Source: Longimicrobiales bacterium (GTDB taxonomy: Bacteria > Gemmatimonadota > Gemmatimonadetes > Longimicrobiales > Gaopeijiaceae). Taken from it: DNA of 64,000 bases. The translations under genes were made by a program, and so were the position numbers. Positions 1 to 8,936 of the stretch are shown piece by piece. The notes below the pieces were generated by a model, which saw only the letters and a list, made by a program, of their open reading frames with translations, searched no databases and was not told the origin of the DNA. The DNA lies in NCBI GenBank assembly GCA_965238005.1, contig OZ250165.1, forward strand, positions 1,824,001-1,888,000, read 5' to 3'. Every line of letters starts with the position of its first letter. Position 1 is the stretch's first letter.

Positions 1-711
1 ACCGAGATCGTCTGGAAGCAGCAGCAGCTGGACCTCTGGTACGTTCTGCCTCTCTCACTCGGGTTCATCCTCTTCGTGATCGCCGCCTTCGCCGAGACGA
101 ACCGGCTCCCGTTCGACATGCCGGAGGCCGAGTCCGAGCTCATCACGGGATTCCACACCGAGTACTCGGCCATGAAGTTCTCCATGTTCTTCATCGCCGA
201 ATATTCCCACATGTTGACGGCCTCAGCCCTCATGGCCACCCTCTTCTTCGGGGGGTGGGACCTCCCGGGGACCTGGGACGACGCCTTTTGGTACGGAGGC
301 TCTCTGGTCAGCGGGTTCGGCGCGGACGGCGCACCCATCGCAGCGGTACCGGCCGTATGGAAGACGCTCCTCACCTTCGCGGCTTTCGCGGCTAAGACGG
401 CGTTCTTTCTCCTGCTGTACATCTGGGTCCGCTGGACGTTGCCGCGTTTCCGTTACGACCAGGTCATGCAGCTGGGTTGGAAGGTCCTCCTCCCCACGGC
501 CCTGGCCTACGTGATGGTCATGGCCGGGACCATGTTGATCCTCGATCAGGTGGGGGTGACGTATGGGTTCACCTACGGCCTCGCGCTGACGGCGGTGAGC
601 ACCGTATGCACGGTGGCCTTCGTCTTCCACCTCGATCGCGGTCGGATCATCGGGGGTGCTGCAGCCGGCAGGGTGAGGGCCCTCGAAGAGGCGCCGGCCT
701 CAGGAGATTAG
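1..711 (+). CDS. nuoH: NADH-quinone oxidoreductase subunit H (5' part outside window)
   Basis: AETNRLPFDMPEAESEL..GFHTEYS and WVRWTLPRFRYDQ motifs; open frame from base 1. Confidence 0.97.
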   Translation, partial: TEIVWKQQQLDLWYVLPLSLGFILFVIAAFAETNRLPFDMPEAESELITGFHTEYSAMKFSMFFIAEYSHMLTASALMATLFFGGWDLPGTWDDAFWYGGSLVSGFGADGAPIAAVPAVWKTLLTFAAFAAKTAFFLLLYIWVRWTLPRFRYDQVMQLGWKVLLPTALAYVMVMAGTMLILDQVGVTYGFTYGLALTAVSTVCTVAFVFHLDRGRIIGGAAAGRVRALEEAPASGD

Positions 712-756
712 AATGTACAGCAGACCATCAACCGTAACTCGTTTCGGGGAAATGAC

Positions 757-1257
757 ATGGCTGTAACCGTAAAGGTCGTCCGTAGGCCCGATCCGGGACG
801 CACGTCGTATCTGAGGGCCGCCCTCAAGGGCATGTCCGTGACGCTCCGTCACATGGTGAACCCGGACAACGTGACACAGCAGTACCCCGAGGAGCAGACT
901 GAGCTGAGTCCAAGGTGGAGGGGCACACACCGCATGGAGGTCCACGCCGACGGGCGGCCCAAGTGCGTGGCGTGCGGGCTCTGTCCCACGGTTTGTCCCG
1001 CGAACTGCATCCGCCTCGTGGGTGGCGAGGACGACCAGGGGAACCGGTATCCCATCGTTTTCGAGATCGACGAGTTCCGCTGCATCTTCTGCGGAATGTG
1101 CCAGGAGGTATGCCCCGTAGAGGCCATCCACATGGGCCGTGACTTCGAGAACGCCGAGTACTCGCGGGACCGCTTCGTCTACGACCTGGACCGCCTCATG
1201 GAGGTGGACCACCCGCTAACCTTGTTGTGGGATCCCGAGGATCCGAAGAGTGAGTGA
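757..1257 (+). CDS. nuoI: NADH-quinone oxidoreductase subunit I
   Basis: Two CxxCxxCxxxCP 4Fe-4S motifs; QYPEE..RWRGTH; operon position. Confidence 0.97.
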   Translation: MAVTVKVVRRPDPGRTSYLRAALKGMSVTLRHMVNPDNVTQQYPEEQTELSPRWRGTHRMEVHADGRPKCVACGLCPTVCPANCIRLVGGEDDQGNRYPIVFEIDEFRCIFCGMCQEVCPVEAIHMGRDFENAEYSRDRFVYDLDRLMEVDHPLTLLWDPEDPKSE

Positions 1258-1295
1258 TGGAGTTATGAGGTCGGCGCCATGCGAAAACGATAGAC

Positions 1296-1817
1296 ATGGC
1301 TGATCTGCTCTTCTACGTATTCGCCGCCGTAGCGGTCGGGGGCGCTTTCGGCGTGGTGATGGGGCGAAGCCCCATAGCGAGCCTGATGTTCATGGTGGCC
1401 AGCCTGGCGAGCATCGCCGGCATCTTCGTGCTGCTGGAGGCCCATTTCCTGGCGGCCATCCAGATCATGGTCTACGCCGGGGCCATCATGGTGCTCTTCC
1501 TCTTCGTCATCATGCTCCTGAACCTGGGCCACGACTATCAGCGTGACATCCGGGGCGGCATCGCCATGATCTTCGGCTTCGCCGTGGCGGGAGGCCTGGG
1601 CGGCCTGCTGGCGAGGCAGCTCGGCAGCGGATCCGGCGGGTTGGAGAGCGGCCTCGGGGCGGCCGACGCCATCGACGCGGCTCTGTTGGAGTACGGGGCG
1701 ATAGGCTCCATCGCCCGGCCCCTCTTCACGGACTACGTGGTCCCCTTCGAGCTCACGGGAATCCTGCTCCTCGTGGCCATCGTAGGTGCCATCGTCCTGG
1801 CCAAGAAGGAGGTGTGA
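1296..1817 (+). CDS. nuoJ: NADH-quinone oxidoreductase subunit J
   Basis: [20 protein letters not shown] and [12 protein letters not shown] motifs. Confidence 0.97.
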   Translation: MADLLFYVFAAVAVGGAFGVVMGRSPIASLMFMVASLASIAGIFVLLEAHFLAAIQIMVYAGAIMVLFLFVIMLLNLGHDYQRDIRGGIAMIFGFAVAGGLGGLLARQLGSGSGGLESGLGAADAIDAALLEYGAIGSIARPLFTDYVVPFELTGILLLVAIVGAIVLAKKEV

Positions 1818-2122
1818 TGGGGAGCGACATGCTCGCCGAGTCCCTGATCCTCTCGGCCCTGATTTTCGTCATCGGGACCATGGGCGTCATCGTGCGCCGC
1901 AACGTCATAATCATGTTCCTGTGCATCGAGCTTCAGCTCAACGCCGTGAACCTGACCTTCGTGGCCTTCTCCCGATACGTGGGAATCGAGGGCCAGCTCT
2001 TCGTCTTCTTCGTGATGACGGTGGCGGCGGCCGAGGCCGCCGTCGGGCTGGCCATCATCATCTCGATCTTCCGGCACTACGAGACGGCGAACGTGGACAA
2101 CTTCAACCTGCTCAAGTGGTAG
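1814..2122 (+). CDS. nuoK: NADH-quinone oxidoreductase subunit K
   Basis: [12 protein letters not shown] and [12 protein letters not shown] motifs; exact start uncertain (1814, 1817 or 1829). Confidence 0.96.
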   Translation: MMGSDMLAESLILSALIFVIGTMGVIVRRNVIIMFLCIELQLNAVNLTFVAFSRYVGIEGQLFVFFVMTVAAAEAAVGLAIIISIFRHYETANVDNFNLLKW

Positions 2123-2126
2123 CGTC

Positions 2127-4283
2127 GTGACGAATCTCGGACTCTACCTGATTCAGGCGGTGGAGGGCGCGGAGGCCCACCGAGCCTGGGAGCCCGTCCT
2201 GCCCGGGCTCATCATCCTGCTGCCGCTCCTGGGCTTCCTGATCAACGGAGCCCTGGCGCTGTCTGCGGCGCGCATCTCCGCCGACGCCGTGCGAGCCGGC
2301 GGCGAGCACGACTTCCTTGGGCGTGGCCGTCCCAGGACCCACAGCTGGCCCACCTGGATCGGCCCCGGCGTGATGGGCCTGGCCTTCCTCCTCACGGTGG
2401 TAAACTTCGTGGGGATGGTGGGAGCCGAGATCCACGAGCCCGTCGTCCGCAGCTACTGGACCTGGATGGTCACGGGCAGCTTCGAGGTCGCCGCCGCCAT
2501 CCAGCTCGACCAGCTCGCCATGGTCATGATGTTGGTCATCACCGGTGTCGGCTTCCTGATCCACGTGTTCAGCGTCGGGTACATGCAGGACGACCCGGGC
2601 TACCCCCGGTACTTCGCCTACCTGAATCTCTTCGTCTTTTTCATGCTGATCCTGGTCATGGGATCGAGCTATGCGGTCATGTTCGTGGGCTGGGAGGGCG
2701 TCGGGCTCTGTTCCTACCTGCTCATCGGCTACTGGTTCAGCGACGAGGAGAAGGCGTCGGCGGGGAAGAAGGCGTTCATCGTCAACCGGATCGGGGACCT
2801 GGGTTTCCTACTGGCCGTCTTCCTGTTGTTCGTGGCCTTCGGATCCATGGACTTCGTGGACGTTTTCGGAGGAGCCGAGGACGTCTTCGAGTACGGCGGA
2901 CCGCTCGTCACCACCGTGACCCTCTTCTTCCTCGTGGCGGCCACCGGGAAGAGCGCGCAGATCCCGCTCTACATCTGGCTGCCCGACGCCATGTGGGGCC
3001 CGACGCCGGTCTCGGCCCTAATCCACGCCGCCACCATGGTGACGGCGGGCGTCTACCTGGTCGTGCGATCGTCGCTCCTTTTCGCTCTGGCGCCCCTCAG
3101 TAGCGCGGCGGTGGCCGGAATAGGCGTGCTCACGGCCCTCTTCGCAGCGACCATCGCGCTCAAGCAATACGACATCAAGCGGGTGCTGGCGTACTCCACC
3201 GTGTCCCAGCTCGGTTACATGTTCCTGGGAGTCGGGGTAGGGGCCTACACGGCCGGCGTGTTCCACCTCATGACCCACGCCTTCTTCAAGGCGCTCCTCT
3301 TCCTGGGCTCCGGCGCGGTGATCCACTCCATACACCACGCCCTGCACCACACCCACAAGGACTGGGACGCCCAGGACATGCGCAACATGGGTGGGCTCAG
3401 GCAATACATGCCCATCACGTGGGTCACCATGTGGCTCGCCACCCTGGCCATCGCCGGGATCTGGCCCTTTGCCGGGTTCTTCAGCAAGGACGAGATCATC
3501 TGGATGACCGGCGCTATGGCCGGGGCGGAGAACGCTCCCTACGGCGGCCTATATACGGTCTACTGGGTGATGGCGTTGGCGACGGCCATGCTCACCGCGT
3601 TCTACATGACGCGCCTCATGGTCATGACCTTCCACGGCACGAACAGGATCGGGTCGGAAGAGGCCCGGCATCTCCATGAGGCCCCGAAGACCATGTGGAT
3701 CCCGCTGGCCATCCTGGCGGCATTGTCGGTGGTGGGCGGCTGGGTCAACGTGTCCGAGGACCTTCAAAGGTCGTTCCTGGGCGGCTTCGGCATCCTTCCC
3801 ATGTCCGAATCGCTGCACCACTGGCTCGAGCCCGTGACGGAGGCCGCCCACCGCGTGCAGGAGACTCATCTGGGCGGGATCGCCCACTCGGCGCCCTTGG
3901 GAGGAGGCGAGGTGGCCTGGGGGCTCATCTCCACGGTGGGCGCCCTCATCGTCGTCATGGCCACGATCCGGCTGCTGACCCCCAAAGACGTCCCGGTCGC
4001 GACGGAAGATGCGGCGCCCACGGGCTTCGCTGGCATCCTCTACAACAAGTGGTACGTGGACGAGCTGTACGACCGCATCGTGGTCCACCCGATCCAGGCC
4101 CTGTCCCGCTTCTCGTGGCGTGTCATCGACACAGGCATCATCGACGGATTCGTCAATCTGGTCGGGAACGGGGCGCGAGCTCTGGGTTGGGTCGGTAGCC
4201 TCTTCCAGACCGGCCAAGTGAACACGTACGCATTCTTCTTTACAGTTGGGGTGCTAGTGATCCTCGGGATGGTAGCTTTCTAG
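2127..4283 (+). CDS. nuoL: NADH-quinone oxidoreductase subunit L
   Basis: GWEGVGLCSYLLIG, KAFIVNRIGD, GKSAQ.PL..WLPDAM.GPTPVSALIHAATMV, HAFFKALLFL. Confidence 0.97.
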   Translation: MTNLGLYLIQAVEGAEAHRAWEPVLPGLIILLPLLGFLINGALALSAARISADAVRAGGEHDFLGRGRPRTHSWPTWIGPGVMGLAFLLTVVNFVGMVGAEIHEPVVRSYWTWMVTGSFEVAAAIQLDQLAMVMMLVITGVGFLIHVFSVGYMQDDPGYPRYFAYLNLFVFFMLILVMGSSYAVMFVGWEGVGLCSYLLIGYWFSDEEKASAGKKAFIVNRIGDLGFLLAVFLLFVAFGSMDFVDVFGGAEDVFEYGGPLVTTVTLFFLVAATGKSAQIPLYIWLPDAMWGPTPVSALIHAATMVTAGVYLVVRSSLLFALAPLSSAAVAGIGVLTALFAATIALKQYDIKRVLAYSTVSQLGYMFLGVGVGAYTAGVFHLMTHAFFKALLFLGSGAVIHSIHHALHHTHKDWDAQDMRNMGGLRQYMPITWVTMWLATLAIAGIWPFAGFFSKDEIIWMTGAMAGAENAPYGGLYTVYWVMALATAMLTAFYMTRLMVMTFHGTNRIGSEEARHLHEAPKTMWIPLAILAALSVVGGWVNVSEDLQRSFLGGFGILPMSESLHHWLEPVTEAAHRVQETHLGGIAHSAPLGGGEVAWGLISTVGALIVVMATIRLLTPKDVPVATEDAAPTGFAGILYNKWYVDELYDRIVVHPIQALSRFSWRVIDTGIIDGFVNLVGNGARALGWVGSLFQTGQVNTYAFFFTVGVLVILGMVAF

Positions 4284-4429
4284 TGGGTGGGACGCTGAAA
4301 TCGGCCCCACCCACGCCTCGGCGCGGGTACCCGGGTGTCGCCTCTCGTCGGCGCGCCTGCGAAGTACCTTTCGGTACTCCTCGTTGCACCTCCTCGGGCT
4401 CCTACCCCTGCATCCGATTTGAGCGTCCC
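4281..4429. mobile_element. MITE-like palindromic element 1 (nuoL-nuoM spacer)
   Basis: Inverted repeat GGGACGCTGAAATCGG (4289-4304) / CCGATTTGAGCGTCCC (4414-4429), 15/16; contains the CCCACGC..CGGCGCGGGTACCC module also found near 15590, 28920 and 47222. Confidence 0.65.
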
Positions 4430-4446
4430 CTGGACATTGTGGTGAC

Positions 4447-6015
4447 ATGCTGAACGCTCTCGCCTACGACTCTTGGGCGCTGCATGCGCTCATCTGGCTG
4501 CCCCTGGTGGGGATGGTCCACGTGCTGTGGGCCCCTGAGGAGCGGGCCAAGCACCTGGCGCTCTGGTGGAGCGTGGCGGTCTTCGTCCTGAGCCTGGGAC
4601 TCTGGTGGGCGTACGATCCGACGATGGGTGCCGGTGGATATCAGCTCACGAGCAGCCGGCCGTGGATCGGCCAGTGGGGTGTGAGCTACGCCCTGGGACT
4701 CGACGGCATCAGCTTGTTCATGGTGCTGCTGACGACGTTTACGACGCCGCTCGCCATCCTGGGGTCCTTCAACTACATCAAGAAGAACGAGAAGGCCTTC
4801 TACGCCCTGATGCTCCTCCTGGAGGTCGGGGTCGTGGGTGTCTTCGCCGCGGTGGATCTCTTCCTCTTCTACGTGTTCTTCGAGCTCACCCTGGTCCCCA
4901 TGTACTTCATCGTGGGCATCTGGGGCGGCGAGCGCAGGGTCTATGCGGCGGTGAAGTTCTTCCTGTTCACCTCCTTTGGATCGCTTCTCATGCTGGTGGC
5001 GATCCTCTACCTGTACTTCCGGGCGAAGACGCTTATGGGCGTCACTTCGTTCGCGTTCCTGGACCTGCTGCAGGTTCCGCTGTCTCCCGCGGAGCAGTTC
5101 TGGCTCTTCTCGGCATTCGCGCTGGCCTTCGCCATCAAGGTGCCGCTCTTCCCGTTCCACACCTGGCTTCCCGATGCGCACGTCGAGGCTCCCACTCCGG
5201 GCTCGGTCGTGCTGGCCGCGGTCCTCCTGAAGATGGGAACCTACGGGTTCGTGCGGTTCCTGCTGCCCTTCTTCCCGGTGGCCTCCCAACACCCCACTGT
5301 GATCATGACGATGCTGACCCTGGGCGTGGTGGGAATCATCTACGCGGCCTGGGTGGCGGCGGTGCAGCCCGACGCCAAGAAGCTCGTGGCGTACACCTCC
5401 GTGGCCCACATGGGCTTCGTGGTCATCGGGGTCTTCGCCCTCAGCATCAACGGCCTCCAGGGTGGGATGCTCATCATGATCTCCCACGGGATCTCCACGG
5501 GCGCCCTGTTCCTCTTGCTCGGCATGCTCCATGAGCGCCGGCACACCCGGGCGATCGAGGACTTCGGCGGTCTGGGCCGCGTGGCGCCCTGGTTCGCCAC
5601 GGCCTTCGTCATTACGGCGCTGGCCTCCATCGGCCTCCCGGGCACGAGCGGCTTCCCCGGCGAGTTCCTGGCGCTCCTGGGCACGTTCGAGAACCATCCC
5701 GTGATGGGAGTCCTAGCGGCTACGGGAGTGATCTTCGCAGCGTACTACATGCTGCCCATGGTCCAGCGCATCTTCTTCAACGCGCTCGACCAGGAGGAAA
5801 ACAGGAAGGTCGAGGATCTGTCCCGGCGGGAGATCACCATTCTGGCCCCCATGATCGCCCTCATGATCTGGATCGGTGTGTATCCCACCCCCTTCCTGCT
5901 GCGCATGGAGCCCAGCGTGCAGGCGGTGCTGGAGCGCGTCGAGGCCGCGGCACCAGTGCAAGTCACCCAGACCGAAGCCCCCGATACGAAGACCGCCGAT
6001 ACGGCAGTCGACTAG
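4447..6015 (+). CDS. nuoM: NADH-quinone oxidoreductase subunit M
   Basis: KVPLFPFHTWLPDAHVEAPT and LLKMGTYG motifs. Confidence 0.97.
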   Translation: MLNALAYDSWALHALIWLPLVGMVHVLWAPEERAKHLALWWSVAVFVLSLGLWWAYDPTMGAGGYQLTSSRPWIGQWGVSYALGLDGISLFMVLLTTFTTPLAILGSFNYIKKNEKAFYALMLLLEVGVVGVFAAVDLFLFYVFFELTLVPMYFIVGIWGGERRVYAAVKFFLFTSFGSLLMLVAILYLYFRAKTLMGVTSFAFLDLLQVPLSPAEQFWLFSAFALAFAIKVPLFPFHTWLPDAHVEAPTPGSVVLAAVLLKMGTYGFVRFLLPFFPVASQHPTVIMTMLTLGVVGIIYAAWVAAVQPDAKKLVAYTSVAHMGFVVIGVFALSINGLQGGMLIMISHGISTGALFLLLGMLHERRHTRAIEDFGGLGRVAPWFATAFVITALASIGLPGTSGFPGEFLALLGTFENHPVMGVLAATGVIFAAYYMLPMVQRIFFNALDQEENRKVEDLSRREITILAPMIALMIWIGVYPTPFLLRMEPSVQAVLERVEAAAPVQVTQTEAPDTKTADTAVD

Positions 6016-6031
6016 AGAGGCCTCTAGATAT

Positions 6032-7540
6032 ATGCAGCTCGACTTCAGCAATCAGGCCCACTTTCTCATCGCCCTGGCCCCAGAGTTCGTTCTCTCCGTG
6101 TGGGGCATGGTGATCCTCATACTGGGCGTGAGCCGGCGGCAGCGTACCAATCCCGACGCGGCCACCGATCTGGGCTGGATGTCTCTTATCGGAGTGCTGG
6201 TGGCGGCCTCGGTGAACGGTTGGCTCTATGGAGTCTCGGAGGTGGGCACCGGCTCCATGATCGCCGTGGACCGGTTCGCGCTCTTCGCCAACTGGATCTT
6301 CCTCGCTGCTGTGGGACTCGGCATCCTCATCTCCCTGGCCTACGTCAAGCGGCAGGAGCTGCAGGCCGGAGAGTTCTACGGGCTCCTCATTTACTCGACC
6401 GTAGGTCTGATGGTCATGGCGGCGGCCCGGGACCTCATCGTGATATTCCTGGGCCTGGAGATCATGTCCATCGCCGTCTACGCCCTCACGGCCATGAACC
6501 GCCGCGATCGCAAGTCGGCGGAAGCGGGCCTGAAGTACTTCATGCTGGGCGCCTTCTCCACGGGGTTCTTCCTCTATGGGATCGCCCTCGTGTACGGGGC
6601 GGCGGGCAGCACGCATATCGGCCGTATTGCGGATGTGGTCGCGAGCGGCAGTGCCCATGGAGCCTTCCTGGACTTCGGAATCGCCCTCCTGGCGGTGGGC
6701 TTCGCTTTCAAGGTCTCGGCGGTCCCGTTTCACATGTGGACTCCGGACGTCTACGAGGGGGCTCCCACGCCCGTCACTGCATTCATGGCCGTGGCCGTGA
6801 AGGCGGGGGCGTTCGTGGCCTTCCTGAGGGTGTTCTCGGTCGCATTCGGGGGTGCCTACGAGAGCTGGTGGGCCATCCTTTGGTGGCTGGCGGTCATTAC
6901 CATGATCGTCGCGAACCTCATCGCCCTCGTGCAGGTGAGCGTGAAGCGCATGCTGGCATACTCGGGAATCGCCCACGCCGGCTACCTCATGGTGGCGATG
7001 GTGGCGGCGAACGAGACGGCCGCGGCGGGTCTCCTCTTCTACCTGCTGGTCTACACCCTCATGAACATCGGTGCGTTCGGAGTGGTGGTCCTGGTGTCCC
7101 GCCAAAGCGAGGAGCGCCAGCAGATCGAGGACTACGCAGGCTTCGGTTGGCAGCAGCCGGTGCTCGGGGTCTTCCTCTCCGTCTTCCTCCTGTCCCTCGC
7201 GGGCTTCCCGGGTACGGGAGGGTTCATGGCGAAGATCTTCCTGCTCCAAGGGGCCATGGAGGCCGATCTGGTCTACCTGTCCGTCATCCTGGTACTGACG
7301 ACGCTCGTCTCGTACTGGTATTACCTGCGGGTGGCGTGGTTCATGTGGATGCGGGAGGCCCCTGCCGCAGACACCCACGAGGGGATCTCGGTGCCCCTGG
7401 CGATGCGGCTCGCCCTGGTCGTCGGCGTGGTCCTGGTGCTCTACCTGGGTGTCTTCCCGGGGGGTACCGTCGAATTCGCCCGGTCGAGCGTGCAGGGGCT
7501 CTCGGCCGTCGGGCAGGGGCTCGTCGGCCTAGCGCCATAG
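6032..7540 (+). CDS. nuoN: NADH-quinone oxidoreductase subunit N
   Basis: EAGLKYF and FKVSAVPFHMWTPDVYEGAPTP motifs; ATG at 6032 chosen over the longer ORF overlapping nuoM. Confidence 0.96.
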   Translation: MQLDFSNQAHFLIALAPEFVLSVWGMVILILGVSRRQRTNPDAATDLGWMSLIGVLVAASVNGWLYGVSEVGTGSMIAVDRFALFANWIFLAAVGLGILISLAYVKRQELQAGEFYGLLIYSTVGLMVMAAARDLIVIFLGLEIMSIAVYALTAMNRRDRKSAEAGLKYFMLGAFSTGFFLYGIALVYGAAGSTHIGRIADVVASGSAHGAFLDFGIALLAVGFAFKVSAVPFHMWTPDVYEGAPTPVTAFMAVAVKAGAFVAFLRVFSVAFGGAYESWWAILWWLAVITMIVANLIALVQVSVKRMLAYSGIAHAGYLMVAMVAANETAAAGLLFYLLVYTLMNIGAFGVVVLVSRQSEERQQIEDYAGFGWQQPVLGVFLSVFLLSLAGFPGTGGFMAKIFLLQGAMEADLVYLSVILVLTTLVSYWYYLRVAWFMWMREAPAADTHEGISVPLAMRLALVVGVVLVLYLGVFPGGTVEFARSSVQGLSAVGQGLVGLAP

Positions 7541-7547
7541 AAGCTAC

Positions 7548-8936
7548 GTGTCTATTTCCGATCACATCTTCCGGCAGTACGATATCCGGGGTCTCGTAGC
7601 CACAGAGCTCACGCCGGAGGTCTCCGAGGGCGTTGGCCGGGCGTATGGGACCATGGCCCGTGAGCGTCTTGGGAGCCCTCCACGAATCGCAGTGGGCTGC
7701 GACAACCGGCCCTCGTCCCCGGATCTGGTGGCCGGCTTGATCCGTGGCCTCACGGGCTCGGGAGCCGATGTGGTTGACGTGGGGACGGTGCCCACGCCCA
7801 CGCTCTACTGGGCCGAGAGGACCTTCTCCACCGACGGCGGCATCCAGATCACCGGATCACATAATCCGCCGGAGTGGAACGGCATCAAGATGACGCTGCA
7901 GGGCGCCTCCGTGTACGGAGAGGCCATCCAGGACCTGAAGCGACGTATCGTGGGCGGAGAGGACGGGGCGGGGGAGGGGGGAGGCAGCGCCGAGCGGGTG
8001 GACATCCTCGATCGCTACATCGACGACCTGGCGGGGCGATTCGACCTCACCGGTCCCGTGAAGGTGGTTCTGGACTGCGGGAACGGCACAGGATCGCTCG
8101 TGGGCGTCGCTCTCTTGCAACAGATCGGGGCCCAGGTAGTGCCTCTCTACTGCGATTCCGACGGCACGTTTCCGAACCACCACCCGGACCCCACGGTGGA
8201 CGAAAACCTGGTGGATCTCATCGACACCGTTCGGCGGGAGGGGGCGGACGTGGGGATCGGCTTCGACGGCGACGCCGATCGCATCGGCGCCGTGGATGAA
8301 AAGGGCCAGATCGTGCGCGGAGACATCCTCCTCCTCCTCCTGGGGCTCGACGTGCTTCACAAGCGGGGGCCGGCCCAGAAGCTCATCTTCGACGTGAAGT
8401 GCTCCCAGGTCCTTCCCGACGAGTTCGCCAAGGCCGGCGGCGAGCCCATCATGTGGAAAACCGGCCATTCGCTCATCAAGGAAAAGATGCGAGAGACCGG
8501 AGCGCTCGTCGCCGGGGAGTTGTCCGGTCACATCTGCCTCGCCGACGACTATCTGGGGTTCGACGATGCCCCCTACGTCGCCTGCCGTCTGGTGGACCTC
8601 ATCGCACGCTCGGAACGTAGCCTCTCGGAGATGGTGTCGGATTTCCCGGTGTATGTTTCGACGCCCGAGCTCCGCATCGAGGTGACCGAAGAGTCTAAGT
8701 TCGGGCTCATGCGGGCGGCCCAGGAGCACTTCAAGAAGAGTCGCGAGGTGATAGACATAGACGGTGCACGCATCCTCTTCGACGACGGCTGGGGGCTCCT
8801 CCGGGCCTCCAACACTCAGCCCGTCATCGTCGCCCGGTACGAGGCTCGAACGGAGGAGGGCTTGCGCGTCATCAGGGAAGAGGTCGAATCGTGGCTGCGA
8901 ACACAGAACCTGGAGGTCAGAAATGAAGGTCAGTAA
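7548..8936 (+). CDS. Phosphomannomutase/phosphoglucomutase
   Basis: FRQYDIRG, ITGSHNP phosphoserine loop, FDGDADR metal loop, GELSGH. Confidence 0.95.
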   Translation: MSISDHIFRQYDIRGLVATELTPEVSEGVGRAYGTMARERLGSPPRIAVGCDNRPSSPDLVAGLIRGLTGSGADVVDVGTVPTPTLYWAERTFSTDGGIQITGSHNPPEWNGIKMTLQGASVYGEAIQDLKRRIVGGEDGAGEGGGSAERVDILDRYIDDLAGRFDLTGPVKVVLDCGNGTGSLVGVALLQQIGAQVVPLYCDSDGTFPNHHPDPTVDENLVDLIDTVRREGADVGIGFDGDADRIGAVDEKGQIVRGDILLLLLGLDVLHKRGPAQKLIFDVKCSQVLPDEFAKAGGEPIMWKTGHSLIKEKMRETGALVAGELSGHICLADDYLGFDDAPYVACRLVDLIARSERSLSEMVSDFPVYVSTPELRIEVTEESKFGLMRAAQEHFKKSREVIDIDGARILFDDGWGLLRASNTQPVIVARYEARTEEGLRVIREEVESWLRTQNLEVRNEGQ

